Source: Dudresnaya verticillata (Eukaryota). From it: a stretch of DNA of 64,000 bases. Position numbers and translations under genes: made by a program. Of the stretch, positions 11,072-24,146 are shown one piece after another. Location: NCBI GenBank assembly GCA_977862235.1, contig OZ374559.1, positions 2,170,001 to 2,234,000 on the forward strand, written 5' to 3'. The notes under the pieces were generated by a model that saw only the letters and a list, made by a program, of their open reading frames with translations, was not told where the DNA came from and ran no database searches. Within the stretch, counting starts at the first letter, position 1; the number at the start of each line of letters is the position of its first letter.

Positions 11072-14000
11072 ATGGCACAAGCCTCATCTGGGCAGGTTTC
11101 GAAAGCAGCAAGCGTTCCAGTTCAGAACGACGACGACTTCGGCGATGAGCTGCTTCCAGGAACAAAGCCCGGCGCACGAGTCATGCTCACTCTCAACGGG
11201 GAACACGTTGCTACAGCAACCCTGCTACGACCTCATGATTTTAGGGAGGGTGCCGTTGATCCCAGTGGGCGATTCAGCACATACCTGCACGGGCGCAACC
11301 TTGGGCCTCAACAACGTGATGGAGAAGTATGGGTTGTAGTTCACCTCGTGCGATGCCTCCACAACTGCAATTCCTACGAAAAACCGTTCCAGTACAAACC
11401 AGGCAGTACGCCTTGTCCGGAGACACTGAGTCGAATGCAGGCTGGAAAACACGCCTGGGACCTATTCCAGATTGAGGATCTCGTAACCATCTACAATACA
11501 GAGCGCAGAAAAAGCTCAGGTGCAACTGTCCCCGGAGTGGAAAAACGTGCGGTGGCTGACGCTAACCCACCAACACCCCCTCTGCTCAGGGTTCGCAAAC
11601 CCGCTCCTCGCCCGAATCAGCAGCATAGTGCGGAAGAAATGGCAGCGGTGAACAGCCCTTCAACACCACCGCCAGAGAAAGACAATGAAGAGGAAGAAGT
11701 CACAAAACTTCTGCAGTACACACCTGTACGCCGGCCACCTATGCGTGAACGACCCCAGAAACCGCCCAAGAATAACGTCCCGGACGCCTTACCAGTCTCT
11801 TCGGCCCCAGTGTCTCTTGAACCCACGACTACACCCTTGGAAGAGAGAGATCCTCGTGTAGGCGTGACAGACAGAGTCGATGCAGATCTGAAACAAAACT
11901 CTGCTAGGGCTGTCGGATCTATTCCTTCTCTAGGAAAAGGAGCAAGCGACGAAGAGAACTGTATCACGCCCCAGCCATGCCCTGCAAACAATGTCAGACG
12001 TATGCCTGAAAGCAGTTCGGGTTTTAGTAGTGGCGCACCTGAACCCGACCCTGATGCTACCCCGGCGTTGGCCGCGAGTACTAACACAGAGGGTGACGTG
12101 GAACAAACGCCGGGTGCTGATGGCTCGGAAATAGAGCACGGTGAGGAGCAATCAGATGCTGCGACGTTGGATCTGGTGAGCGACGCAGAGGTGGAAGGTG
12201 GAAGTGATGGAATATTAGAAGACGAAGATACTGGAAGCGACCAGGAAATTGAGGACCTCACCAAGGACGCGGATTACGTGCCAAGTGCGACAATTTCACG
12301 AAGACGCACGGCAGCATATGAGGCTCAACGGGTCCCGCAAACGCCCGGAGTTGCTGAGGATGAGACCAATGGCTCCCGAAAGAGAAGGTACCGCTTCTAC
12401 GCAAGACAAAGAAAGAAGTTGAGGGTTGGTGATACTGCATTGCAAAAGCGTCGCAATGCTGCTCTGGAAAGGCTTGATGAAGAAGACTGGGGCTCCAAGG
12501 AGTGCTGCATGCGGAAGCAATGCTTCAAGAGGGTATCGATTGTGTACATGAAAGCCGAGATTTGCAAACTGTTGCGTATGGACGCCCATGATCGACGAAA
12601 CTATTTGCACGGGTTGTTGCGGCGACCGGGATGGAATTACTACTTCGACGGTAAGCCAGTATGCTACACGTTCCTGGAGACGGCGTTTGGGTTTTCCAGG
12701 GACCTACAATATTCAGTCAAACAGTTTGGTGGAAGCCGGCCTATGGAGGGTGACAATGCCGTGCCGTATTAGCCTCCGAGTGAGGGCAGGGATAAGATAC
12801 TAAGTTACCTCAATCGGCTTGCTGAGATAACAGCAAGCTGCATGCCCGACGCAGATGAAAAGCATCTGCCGTACTTTGATAAGACTGCGGTCTACGAGAA
12901 CTTCCTTCTGGACCAGGAGAGACTGTATCCGGGAAAAGACCCGCCTCGACTAAACTACTTCTACCACGTCTGGAAGCAGCACCGCAGTGACATAAAAGTC
13001 CGCAAAATCCAACGCTTCACAAAGTGTTCGGAGTGTGAAGAATTTCGTGCTGGACTTGCCAGGGCCGGTACAAACCGCAGACTTGCGGAGCCGTTCCTGA
13101 TCCGTAGAAAGGAACACTATAAGTTGGTTACAAAGAAGAGGGTGTACTACAGGGAGAATACGGAAAAAGCTGCTTTGTATCCCTCCGAGTACTTTTCACT
13201 GACAATTGATGGCGCGGACCAGAAAGCGTTCGGAGTACCAAAGTTCGTGGTCAGCACGAAGGCTACGCGTGGACATGCCATAGCAACCAAAGTTGTGGGC
13301 GCATTGGAACACGGTTCATTGAAGCACCTATCCCTGTTCGTCATGACAGGAGAGTTTGAGACCGGCGCAAATCACATGATCGAAACAGTCCATCGCCTTC
13401 TCACAGTCAAGCATAACCATGGCACTCTGCAGCCTACGCTGTTACTGAAGCTAGACAACTGCACCTGGGAGAACAAAAATAAGTAATGCTTTCTTACCTA
13501 GAGTGCTTAGTCGCGTGGGGTATTCTGCATGAAGTGCAGGTTTCCTTTGTCCCAATCGGCCACACCCATTCCGACATCGACCAGGCCTTCAGTTGCACAA
13601 GCAAGAGGGTCCGATCAAAATACATGCCGACCATGTCTTGCCTTCTCCGCGAACTAAGCATGTCATACACGCCTCGTCCATCGGTGGCAAGGTTGCTGCA
13701 GGTAGCCAACTTTTCCGGGCTGTGTGAAAAGTATGCGTGTATTGGCAAGACTGAAGCATTCTCACACTACAGATTCTTTCGAATTAATCGCCAACGTGGG
13801 AAGGGAATGGCAGAAAAGCGAGATTCCGCACGCGATGCCTCGTCAAGATTCAGTGTGGAGATGAGTGGAAACCACTTGTAACAGAAGCACGTGGCAACTC
13901 TCTCAAACAGGAAGGCTTCATACTATTCACCCCTGACCTCGTTAAGACGCCAGAGACCATAGCGCGATGCCCACCTGATATGAAGGAGGTCAATGATCGC

Positions 14001-14552
14001 ATACGTTGCACTGAAGTCCGAGCGCTCAAGGCGTCGCAGATCACCGAACTGGAAAATCTTAGGGATCACGTCTATAGAGATCGAAACGAACCATTTCACT
14101 GGGACTTGGATCACGCCCCGGAGACGAATGGGAAGCTGCGAAGGGACAGTAGACAGCATAGAGACCCCGAAATGCTTCTGGAGATACCAGAAGAGGAGCA
14201 ACTACCCGCACAGGACCTAACCTACAGCCACAACAGAATGATGGCCGTCAATTATGTTCAGGCGACCGAGCAATGTCCTTTTTACGTGGCAAAAGTGATG
14301 GAAGTTGTGAAGGGGGACGATGGAAAGGTTTCGAAATTGTTGCTGCGGTGGTATGAAGCCAAGCACACCGGTAATGTTTTCAGTGCAGCTTACAAACCTT
14401 CGTTCTACAAAACCAGGCGCGGGGTCGCAAAGGAATGGGAAGAAGACGTCACCGTTGATTGCGTACTTGTGGAGTTTGAGTCGCTCACTCGAAATAACCG
14501 TCTGCCGGTTGCAGTACAGAAGAAGTTGCGCGAGTGCCTTCACAAACAGTAG
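11072..14552 (+). pseudogene. Sola1-like (DUF7869-type) DDD transposase, disrupted
   Basis: ECCMRKQC...KPVC zinc region, RFTKCSEC, catalytic-type motifs TIDGADQ, LKLDNCTWENKNK and GHTHSDIDQAFS. In-frame stop at 12770-12772; frameshifts near 13486 and 13860. Confidence 0.75.
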
Positions 14553-14722
14553 CGCCCGCAGCCATCTGTAGAGCAAGGAATAGATGTAAGTTTACTGAGT
14601 CAGAATGGGAAGTATAGAGTGAAGGTGATTAGGGTAATGTGTTTGAGAGCTGCTATGAAACTGGTTTGTTTTCCCGTTCGTCCAGGACTACCGCTTTCTA
14701 TACTTGAGCAGTAGTGCTAGGA

Positions 14723-15265
14723 CGCGAAATTGGTACTGTGCGAGTACTCGCAATGTACATTGCAAGGCAAGGAACGTACACCACGTGGTGTGCGTTCCTT
14801 GCCTTGCAATGTAAATAGCGGGGTTTGTTTGGTCATCGTTGCAAAAGCGTTTGAGGCAATGCACACCGGAAGCCATTTGAAGTTAGAGCGGTTGATGTCG
14901 TGGTCCAGCACGTGATGAAGTTTCAGCACTTCAGCAGTTGGCGTCGACGGAAATGAAAACACGCGAAATTGTTGTTGTGGAAGTGATTGTTATTTGCCTT
15001 CCCATGGCAATACGAGGACAATGATAACACGCGAAATTGTTGTTGTGCGAGTGATTCTTATTTGCCTTGCAATGGCAATACGGGGGTAATGACAACTCGC
15101 GAAATTGTTTTCGTGCGAGTGGATTGCGTTGTTTGGCTTGCAATGGCAATAGCGGGGGCTGTTTGCGCAGCGATGTAGAAGCGATTGACATAAGGCGCAC
15201 CGGCAGCCTTGCGCAGGTGGAGCGGTTGGTGTCACTCTGCAGTACCTGATGCAGTTTCAGCACTT
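14723..15265. repeat. Subterminal-type repeat array downstream of the transposase
   Basis: CGCGAAATTG...GCAATA units at about 14960, 15029 and 15098 (69-bp period). Region 14723-14931 resembles 15098-15265. A 58-bp palindrome lies at 14756-14813. Confidence 0.75.
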
Positions 15266-15964
15266 GAGCAGGACCTGCTCAGTTTCCCCCCAGTCGCACA
15301 ACACTTACCGCCGCGGCGGGGCATGTCGTAGACGTGAAGTCTACAACTTCACGCGCACTTTGACATGCCCTGCGCGGTGCGGTAGAGTTGGTGCGCGAGG
15401 TGCGCGGCTTGATGGGGAGGGCGGCAGGGGCGGGAGTAGACAGAGGGGTGTGGTGAGCTTGCAGTCTGATATGGCAAGCGATATGGCGGTAGAGGTGGTG
15501 CGGCACAGGCGCCGCACTGGACCCGGAGTGCAATGATGGCCACGAGACGGAGGGGTGATACTGGTGAGACAGGGTAAATCTGGGCCAAGCAGTACTAGTC
15601 GTGCGGGGCGACACTGCGCCCTTGGTCGCAGCCCAGGGGGGGTGGGGATGCGGCGGGCGGGGCCAATCGTGCTGAAGCACGAGCGTCAGTGCGCTGCCAG
15701 GCGCGCCCGGGAGGGCAGCAGGCGGCAGTGCAATTTCTGGCTAAATTTTAATCCAGAAATTTCGAAAGTTTCGAAACTTTCACGAAAGTTGCGGGGACAT
15801 TTACCCGTATATGCGGCATGCTGTAACTCCGCAACCGTGCATGCTATCCCAAAACCGATTCCACCATTCTTCTCAGCTCCCTCTCCCCAGTCCAACGCGA
15901 TATAGAAATCTTCATTCCATTAACATTTTTTCGGACTGATTCGCGACACAGATTCTGAAAACCC

Positions 15965-18651
15965 GGAAATCTGTGTTTGGTGCTCATACCTCCACTTCCA
16001 TTGGAGCTGAAGAAAGTCGGTTCCGGCGGTGCGTGGACGGTAAAGGGGTTTCAGGAGCACCACTTAGATATGGCCACTCCTTTCTCATTTATCCGAGTGC
16101 ACCATGCCGTACTGCGTGCGTTGAGGTCACCAATGATGAGTGTAGGTCCTCGCGATCTCGCTTTTAAAGTGTCCAGAATGGTTCTCATGTCTTCTTTTCC
16201 GGCTCTGGGGCTGATATATGCACCGACTATGTCACCGACATTGGGGAATTCGAGGCATAGTAGTTGATATAGCGCCGGATGATGCGGGTGCTGGGGTAAG
16301 ATGGAATATCGAACAGATGCTTTCAGTTGTGGTCGGCTGATCATTGCAATACCTCCGAGCCATGGACCGTTGGTCCCAGCACGCGTTGCCCGAATTGTAA
16401 AGGAGGGGTGGGGTAGGTTATGATGTTGTGATGGAGGTGTGTGTGTTTCGTTGAGTAGTAGGACTTGGGGTTGGGCGGTGGTCAGGAGCGTTATAACGTC
16501 TGGGAGGCATGAATGTAGGCCCGCGACGTTCCAAGTCCCCACTAGTATGTTTATCTTGTGTTCTGAGGACCCGCTTTTGTGGGGGGTGTGGTGTTGGAAT
16601 TACGCGAGGCTTGGTTTTGATGTCTCGCAGGCATTGGATCGGAGTTGGACACAGCCCTGTTTTCCAATGAGGTAAGCTTCGCGAAGCCGCGCGCGGTTAG
16701 GGACGGGTACTGTCGTATGGTGGGGCGTCTTTGGGGGCCAGTTCTGGCTTGCGAATATGGGTGGGTATCCATTGGGTCTGCATTTGGAAGAAGAGAGTCA
16801 TCGCGGGATCCAGAGTTTTGTTTTGGGGTTGCGTCCGGTATTGTTGGGTTGAACCCAGTCCCCGCAGGTACTGTCTTGTCTTGAGGGGCGGTCTCATTTT
16901 GTGCGCGTCCATCATCTACAAGGGGGAATTTCCAATGAAATGAATGAACGATACGGGGTTGGGAGGAGCGCTGTCGAAGGCCGAGTGATTGATCTTGGCC
17001 ATTAGTAGCGATCCGTGTTTGTAAACGACGGCAAACAAACGGGTGGGCGATAGCAAGCGTTCGGAGCTGTCTCTGGTACCATTGTGCAGTAGGAAGGTGA
17101 GGGGTTAATTTTCCATTGCGCTACCAGCGCATGGCGACGTTCACGACGTGTGATTCCATTGTTGTACTGTTCCCGTCGTGGTTAGGGGGTTTGATGGGAT
17201 CGAAATCATCTTGTATCGGGCGCATGAAACGGGACAATCGCCTCATGACCATGTCTCGGCGATCCTCTTCGAAGACCACCTCCACAATATATGGAGCGGT
17301 GGTAGTGTGGTACGAGATGTTGCGTAGTGCACGTCTGTCGCCGTTCATTACATCATGGAGTATGCATCTCTGTAGGTCACTCAGCCTGACCCACTTCTCA
17401 CACCTGAAATAGGTGACGGTCAGGGGGCTGCAAACTTCCCACGTATTGGGTGAGGGGCGTCGGTCGTTACGGTACATTTGGTTAAGAGCGTCCATCGTCA
17501 TTGGGGTGTCTGGGGTGGCGGTGTGGCCTGCAAGTGCTGCTTCTAGGAACGTTGGTGAGGCTGAAGCTACAGCGGGGCGCCTTTGAACCGACGGTTGTCG
17601 TTGCGGGGGCAGCAGAGTTCATTGGAGGTGATTTTGCTGCCAGGCGTATTCCTGAGCGATGAGGGGTTCCGTACGGTTTCTGGACTGGTCGAAAGGAGGG
17701 GTTCTGCGTTCTGTCCGGTCCGTTCTTGCGCGGTCGGTGGGTTTAAACGGCTGTTGATGAGGGCTGCCAACGAGCTTGTCTGCTGTTGCGCGAGCCGTGT
17801 TGCATCTTCTCGGGCGCTTTGGGCACTTTCCGTGATTTGGTTTGACAGTTTGTTGGTCTGGGTTTCCAGCTTCGAGTGGAATGACACTGCCGTGTCATGG
17901 ATACGTGCAGATAGCACTGTTTTTGCCTCCTCTAGGTTCTTCTCAATAGTCGTCATTCGAGCGCGCTGCTCAACGAGTTCTTCTCTAGTTTCTTGGAGGC
18001 CTGCCTCCTGTCGTTGAAGGGAGATCTCCAGTGCGGCGAAAGCTGACTCCGTTGCATGTGCTCGGAGGTCTTGCCGATGCCCCGTTTTGTTTTTTCGATG
18101 ACCCTAGACATGGCACTGGCGGCGTGGCGTAAAGCGTCACCGGTTCGGAGCACGGTAAACAGCGATGCTCCTTGTTATGTCGAGTGGCAGACTTTGCAGC
18201 GGTAAGCAATGACCTCGTTCGTCGTGTTTTCGGTTGAGATGGGGAACTGGGTGTCGGGGCGAGGGGTAGGGCATCGGAAGCAGACGCAGAAGAGGAGCGT
18301 TTCGGGGCTGAGGAGGCGTGGCTCGGCTCGGGCTGCGGGTTTGGGTAGGCAGAGCTCCCTGGGTTTCAGTCTTACATTAGACCGTGAAAGCACGTCAGCC
18401 TTCTGACCGTTGCGGGTACTTGATTGGGCATCTCGAGAGATCAGTTTTTCATGACCTGGACGTTGGGTGGGTGGCGTCGGGTGGCCCGTTTGTCCGGGCG
18501 AAGGGCCGCACATTGGTAATGACGGTGAGCTGGTGCTTACGGGCTTTCGTTTGCGGGGCGCCGACTCCTCGAGTGACGTTGGTGGAATGTCAGATGGGAG
18601 GTGTTGCAGCGTAGCGTCAACGTGTTTCAGTGTAATGGTGATGGGGAGAAT
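15965..18651 (-). mobile_element. Non-LTR retrotransposon (LINE) fragment: ORF1 remnants and APE endonuclease; RT absent
   Basis: 16051..16542 has TWNVAGL, LLLNETH, GGIAM, GAYISP and IIGDLNARSTAW, and continues past a stop to PEPTF...ST. Upstream same-strand ORF remnants include a coiled coil and a CVCFRC..CKVCH cluster. Confidence 0.8.
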
Positions 18652-21600
18652 TGCAACACAGAAGAACCGGTATGACACTAAGTTTAAACTTTGTGCCTGT
18701 TGTTGTCTTACATTTCCAGACTGCGGTCTGTGAGTGAAAATCTGAAATAGATAAGGAGTTTATTTGAGTCAAGCTTGGGAGTTGCGGAAGAAGATCGCAA
18801 CTAGAAGAGGCAGCAATAGGCGTGTATTTTGAAGTACATAGAGACATAATTGCACCAATAAGGTGAGGTTCCTACAGTGAGGGCGAACGAGGTATTATGT
18901 CAGGAACGAGAGCAATGAGTAGCAAGAAAAACGTTTCAAGACACTTAAACAGGAAGTGCAGAAGTTCTCAAAGGCTTTATAACATACAAATAGTGGCATA
19001 CAGCAGTTGGGTATCGCGATTAGTAAGCGGCACGAGGGGTGTGCGAAGAGCAATTCTGAAATGATGGGGATACTGTAGTGTGCCACATGCAGGGTCCGGT
19101 TGCTGGCCAACGCAACAGACATACCCAAGAACAGTTAAAAGACACCCAAGAACAGTCAATGGAACAAAGCTTAGAGACGGACAAGAATAGGGTCGAGGCG
19201 ATTAGAAACGACACCGGTGGTCAGGTCGCTCGGAGTGGGGGATTCGAAGCCGTCGAAAGTGAACGCGCTTCGAACTCAAGGCATTTCCGTATTTAATAAG
19301 TTAAAGATGGCACAATGGGTCACAATAAGGTAGCAAACGTGGGGGAATTCCAATTTCCATCCGCCAAGCAGGACTTTCTACGACTGTACAACAAATTTGG
19401 TCTCTCAGATGACATCGAAAGGGAGTTGTCAATGTTAGCGTTCGAGAAGACAGCCTTAAACATTGCAAACGGGGTGGCGCGAAAAAACCGAGATATGTCT
19501 ACAACTAAGATGTGGGACCTTTTAAAGGACGCACTATTCAATGATACCCAAAAGAGGTTGCAGAATGCACGTTTCCTTTCAATGCAGCTGGACGAGAAAA
19601 ATGAAACTATCGAGAAGTTTGGTCAACAAGTGAATGTGTTGGGCTACTCTCTAGACCACTGCCTAGATTTGATTCAGGCTACATTTATTAAGGGACTACC
19701 GCAACGTCTCCAGATTTATACATATAGTGCTCAAGACAGCTATGATGAGCTGGTTTCAGCAATGGTGTATGTCGGGGAGGCCCAAAAACAAACAGAACGA
19801 GTAAGAGAGGTTAAGGAAGGATCCAAGGCACCATCAACAGGCCCAGGGGACGAAACCAAAGGTAATCATAAATAGGCCAACATAAAATGCTACACGTGTG
19901 GTAAGATTGGTCCTGTCTCCTGGCAGAAAGAAAAGTGCAGTGGTGCCACAGATTCTGAGCCAGAGCAGGGAAAAGTGGGAGGGGGATGCTCGATGCTTCG
20001 CATCAGGGTTAGCTTCCGAAAACGCAACACGATTTGAGGGTATTGAGGAGGAAGGTGAGAGCGTTTGCCGCTGCCATCAATGGAAAAAGGCAGACCATGA
20101 CGAAGATGAAAACATGGGTGAAGACACAGGAATGGAACGTTTAGACGTAGTGGTAGACGTAGAGTTTGTTAGCGGTACTGTGTTTTGAGTTAGTATCGTT
20201 TGTTGGTTTGCTTGCCTTTTGCTCCTTGGTAGGGCGCAAGCTTTCCTTTTTGTACTACAGAACACAGTGTTTCTCTCCCCGTAATTGTAACCATTGCATT
20301 ACGAGAGAGTTCCTCTCTGCCGATAAACTAAATGAGCACTGTACTAAAGTGACAGCCAGTGATGGCTGATAGTATAGCTGTTCTACGCCATGCGACGTGA
20401 GCTTGCATGCAAGCTCACGTCGCATGTGCACTAATATTGAGTCCCTGAACTCTGTTCACTGCTGGGAAAAGCAAGTGCGTAGTCCCATCGGTAATGGACA
20501 TAGAAGCTTTTAGTATTTGGATAGATGCTCAACTGTTTGAATCATTAGGTGGAAAGCTGGTACCAGGCGAAGGAGGGGCAGTGGATGCAACAGGCAGAGC
20601 ATTGGATGTTTCAGGACGGGGATATGTGGACTTTAGCTTATGGGGGTGAAGTTTCTACCAACAAAGGGTTCGGGTTATGGAAAACGTTCCAAGTGGTGTC
20701 CTTCTTGGACATCGGTTCTGTCTCAAGTACGGTCTATCACTAGACCTTAAGGATAGGCAAGGGAGTGTTACTGTGCAACGACGATCGTTTGGGGTGCGGT
20801 GGGATTGAAGGAGACGGTAGGAGAGGACGTTCGGGATGTCATTGAAGATGCAGATGTGGACAGTACCATGCAGAAGATGGATTTATCCCAGTTCAATGCG
20901 TCTCCGACATTGCAGAAAGAAGTAAGCGACATTATTTGGAAGAATAGGGCCATCTTTAAGGATACTGATTGTGTTAAAGGGTACCAGCACAAAATACGTC
21001 TCACACCGGAAGCAGAACCAGTGGCCGTGCCTTCCCGGCGACGATCACCGGCAGATCTGCAAGTCAAGAAAGAGACAATTGAGCGATTATTAAGAAATGG
21101 AATTATGGAGACGTCAGAGTCCCCGTGGGCTGCACACAACGTCTTCGTGCCAAAAAAGGATGCTGGGTTGCGATGTACTACTGATTTTCGATTGCTGAAC
21201 GCAAGTACACTCACGGACCAATACCCAATGGAGGGAGTTATAGAAACTCTCGATTGGTTGGCAAGTAAGGCTATATTTTCTACTTTCGACCTAAAGGACG
21301 GACATTCTCAGGTCGAGCTAGAAGAGGAGTCTCGTCCCTATACAGTGGTATGAACCGTTATCGGGTTGCTACAATACCGTCGCCTGGATATGGGTTTGAA
21401 GAACGGACCAGCAGCCTTTCAGTGACTTGTTAATACGGTTCTGGGTAAGCTTAAGGGAAAAAGTGTTTGGACCTTTATGGATGATGGAAGCATCGGGTCG
21501 AAATATGAAAAATACCATCTAGAAGACTTAGATGAAGTACTGACTTGTATGTTCAACCCATTGATGCACTTGAAATTGAGCAAGTGTCGCTTTGGAGTTA

Positions 21601-24145
21601 GAGAAGTAGAAGTACTGGGGCACCAAGTCTCTCCACAAGGCCTTCGTTCATCAGAGGGTCATGTGAATGTGATTAAGAACCTGCTCCAGGCCTCCAATGT
21701 CACAGAACTACTGCGTTTCTTGGGACTCATGAACTACTTATCTATACTTATTCCTAACTTTACGGAACGAGCCAAGTAGTTGTACGAGGTACTGCAAGGC
21801 ACTGGATTTAATAAGAAGAAAAAGAAGAGGTCCGGAGTGTGTCAAGTCCCAGACTGGAACAATCGGTGGGATTCAGAGCAGAAGCGCGTTTGGACTGACC
21901 TAAGAGAAGACCAGTCTAACCCAGAGATATTAGCGGCACCTGATATCACTAAGCGTAAGATCGTAATGACGGACGAGAGCGACTATGGTCTGGGCGGAGT
22001 TCTAATCCAGGCAGATGAAGAGGGATCGAGCCTCCCAATTTCCTTGACATCCCGCAAATTGAAAAGTGCGGAAGTGAAGTACACGGTCACCGAGAAGGAA
22101 TGCTTGGCGGTCGTGCAGGCACTCTAAAAGTGGCGTCATTATCTACATGGAGGTCCTGAGTTTACGGTAATCAGCGATCACAAGTCGTTGAAATGGCTTA
22201 TGTCGTTTGCAGGAGCCGCAGGTTAGGTTGGCACGCTGGACGTTGGAAGTCCAGGACTACGACTTTGTAGTCCAAAGTTCACCTGGAGAGGTAATGACAG
22301 TAGCGAACACGTTAAGTAGAGATTCTTTTGAAGTACAAAATTGCCAAAAGTGTAATGAGAGAGTCAGGCTTCTAAAGGAAAGCCCCGTTCACTTCCTACC
22401 GTGGAAGAATTCAAGAAGGCGCAGGAGGAAGAGTATGTAAACCTAGAGGAATACTGCCAAGCGGATTCGTCGTATGTGCAAGATGAAGATGGTTTAGTAT
22501 GTACATTCTCAAAAGATAAGATGCGAATAGTAGTACCAAGGATGTTAGTAGACGTGGTACTGGACTACACACGTGGTTCGCTCGAGAATGGTCATCGTGG
22601 GGTGTGTAAGACACTACGCTGGTTGCGAAAACGATTCTGGTGGAAAGGGCAGGCGAATGACGTCTCCCATTCCAAAGTGCGTGCACTGTGCTCTTCACAG
22701 ATTAGTAAGGCCGGATCTACAAGGAAAAAGATGACATGGAACCCAATACGAAGATTTCAGGTAGAACTATCGACGTGCTTGAGGTCTCTACATCGAAGGG
22801 AAAAGCTACAAGGCAGCAGTCATAGGAGATCTATTCTCTCGATTTGTGTGGGCATGTGCAATACAGGATGAAACACCGGAAACACTTGCTGAGATAATCC
22901 TAGACGAGTGTATATTGCGGTTTGGGCCCCCGGAGAAGTTGTTAAGCGATCTAGTAAAACTCTTTATGAGTAATCTAGTAAAAAGCATATGCAGAAGTGT
23001 TGGGACTCGAAAATATTTACAAGCCCATATCATCCTCAAACGGATGGATTTATTGAACGATTTAATAGAACGGTGATGAAGGACATTCGAGCGTTCGTTT
23101 CAACACAAGAGGATGACTGGAGTGATCATTTGGCGATGGCTTGCTTTAGATACAACACTGCGGTCAATAGCGCCACAGGAATTACGCCATACAAGGCGGT
23201 ATTTGGGATCGAGGCTTTTGATTTTGATGCAGAAGTAGGACGCCGGATGGCAATCGATGAGGAAGCGCAGTCCCCCAAGGAGCTGGCGGAAAGATTGAAG
23301 AAACTCCAATGGCAATTGCTCGTGAAAGGAGCAGATGCGAGGGGAGCAGCAGCTAAACAGTACAAAACATTGGTAGAGTATACGGATTATGAGACCCGGG
23401 ACCGGGTTATGGTATACAACCCAAGACATGGGATGGAGAAAGGTCGTAAACTAAAAACTCCATGGCTTGGACCCTACCGCATAGAAGAACCGCTCACAAA
23501 AATATCATACATAGTAAGATCGGAAGTTGGTAATCAGACTACTCGTGTTCATGTTAACAGACTCAGAAAGATCGGAGAAGAGGTATTTCAGACAGAGGAT
23601 CCCCAAGATGGTGTTTTCCCCACTCCCGCTGACTTTTTCAAAGTATAAGCGCAGAAAAACAGAAAGGTGAAAAGCGCTAGTTCAAATTAACTGGTGTTTG
23701 GGGAGCACGTCCTACTTGGATTTGTGAATGTTATTTAACAGAACTCATAATATCGGAATATGACGCTATACAACGGAATAAGAGTGAGGGTTTTGCTTAG
23801 TGAGGCCGAGTGTTAGAAAGTAGGATGAATCGTGAGTTGATGTTGACTAAGCTACACAGTTATAGACTTTGGAGAAGGTATTCGCGCTGGAAATGAATTG
23901 ACTCATGACATGGCGGAAGACAGATGACGTATAGGACGCTTTACCGTCGAGTTAACATTTACAAATTGCAATTAGAGGGAACGTTACATTTGAAACAACG
24001 ACGTAAATTGGAGGAGCCTCAGCGGGTTGAATATATAGAGCGGAAGCTTGGAGCTCTAGTAAAAGGAAGCATCTGTACCGAATAACGAAAAGGTCCGCGA
24101 GCCAACTCGCGAGAAGCAGTGCAACACAGAAGAACCGGTATTACA
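18652..24145 (+). mobile_element. Degenerate Ty3/Gypsy LTR retrotransposon; 5' LTR reduced to 26 bp
   Basis: gag with CYTCGKIG knuckle (about 19885), protease remnant (about 20490-20745), RT (SPWAAHNVFVPKKD, FDLKDG, FMDD), RNase H (TDESDYGLGG, EKECLAVV) and integrase (GHRG, YHPQTDGFIERFN, GPY) in Gypsy order; many stops and frameshifts. Confidence 0.9.
23811..24145 (+). repeat. 3' LTR of the Gypsy element
   Basis: TGTTAG...ATTACA with a TATATA box. Its last 26 bp match 18652-18677 with one mismatch. Confidence 0.75.
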
Positions 24146-24146
24146 A

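Noticed and set aside
14960..15150. CRISPR-like appearance of regularly spaced repeats
   Set aside because: The whole 69-bp units are similar, there are no unique spacers or cas genes, and the context is eukaryotic.
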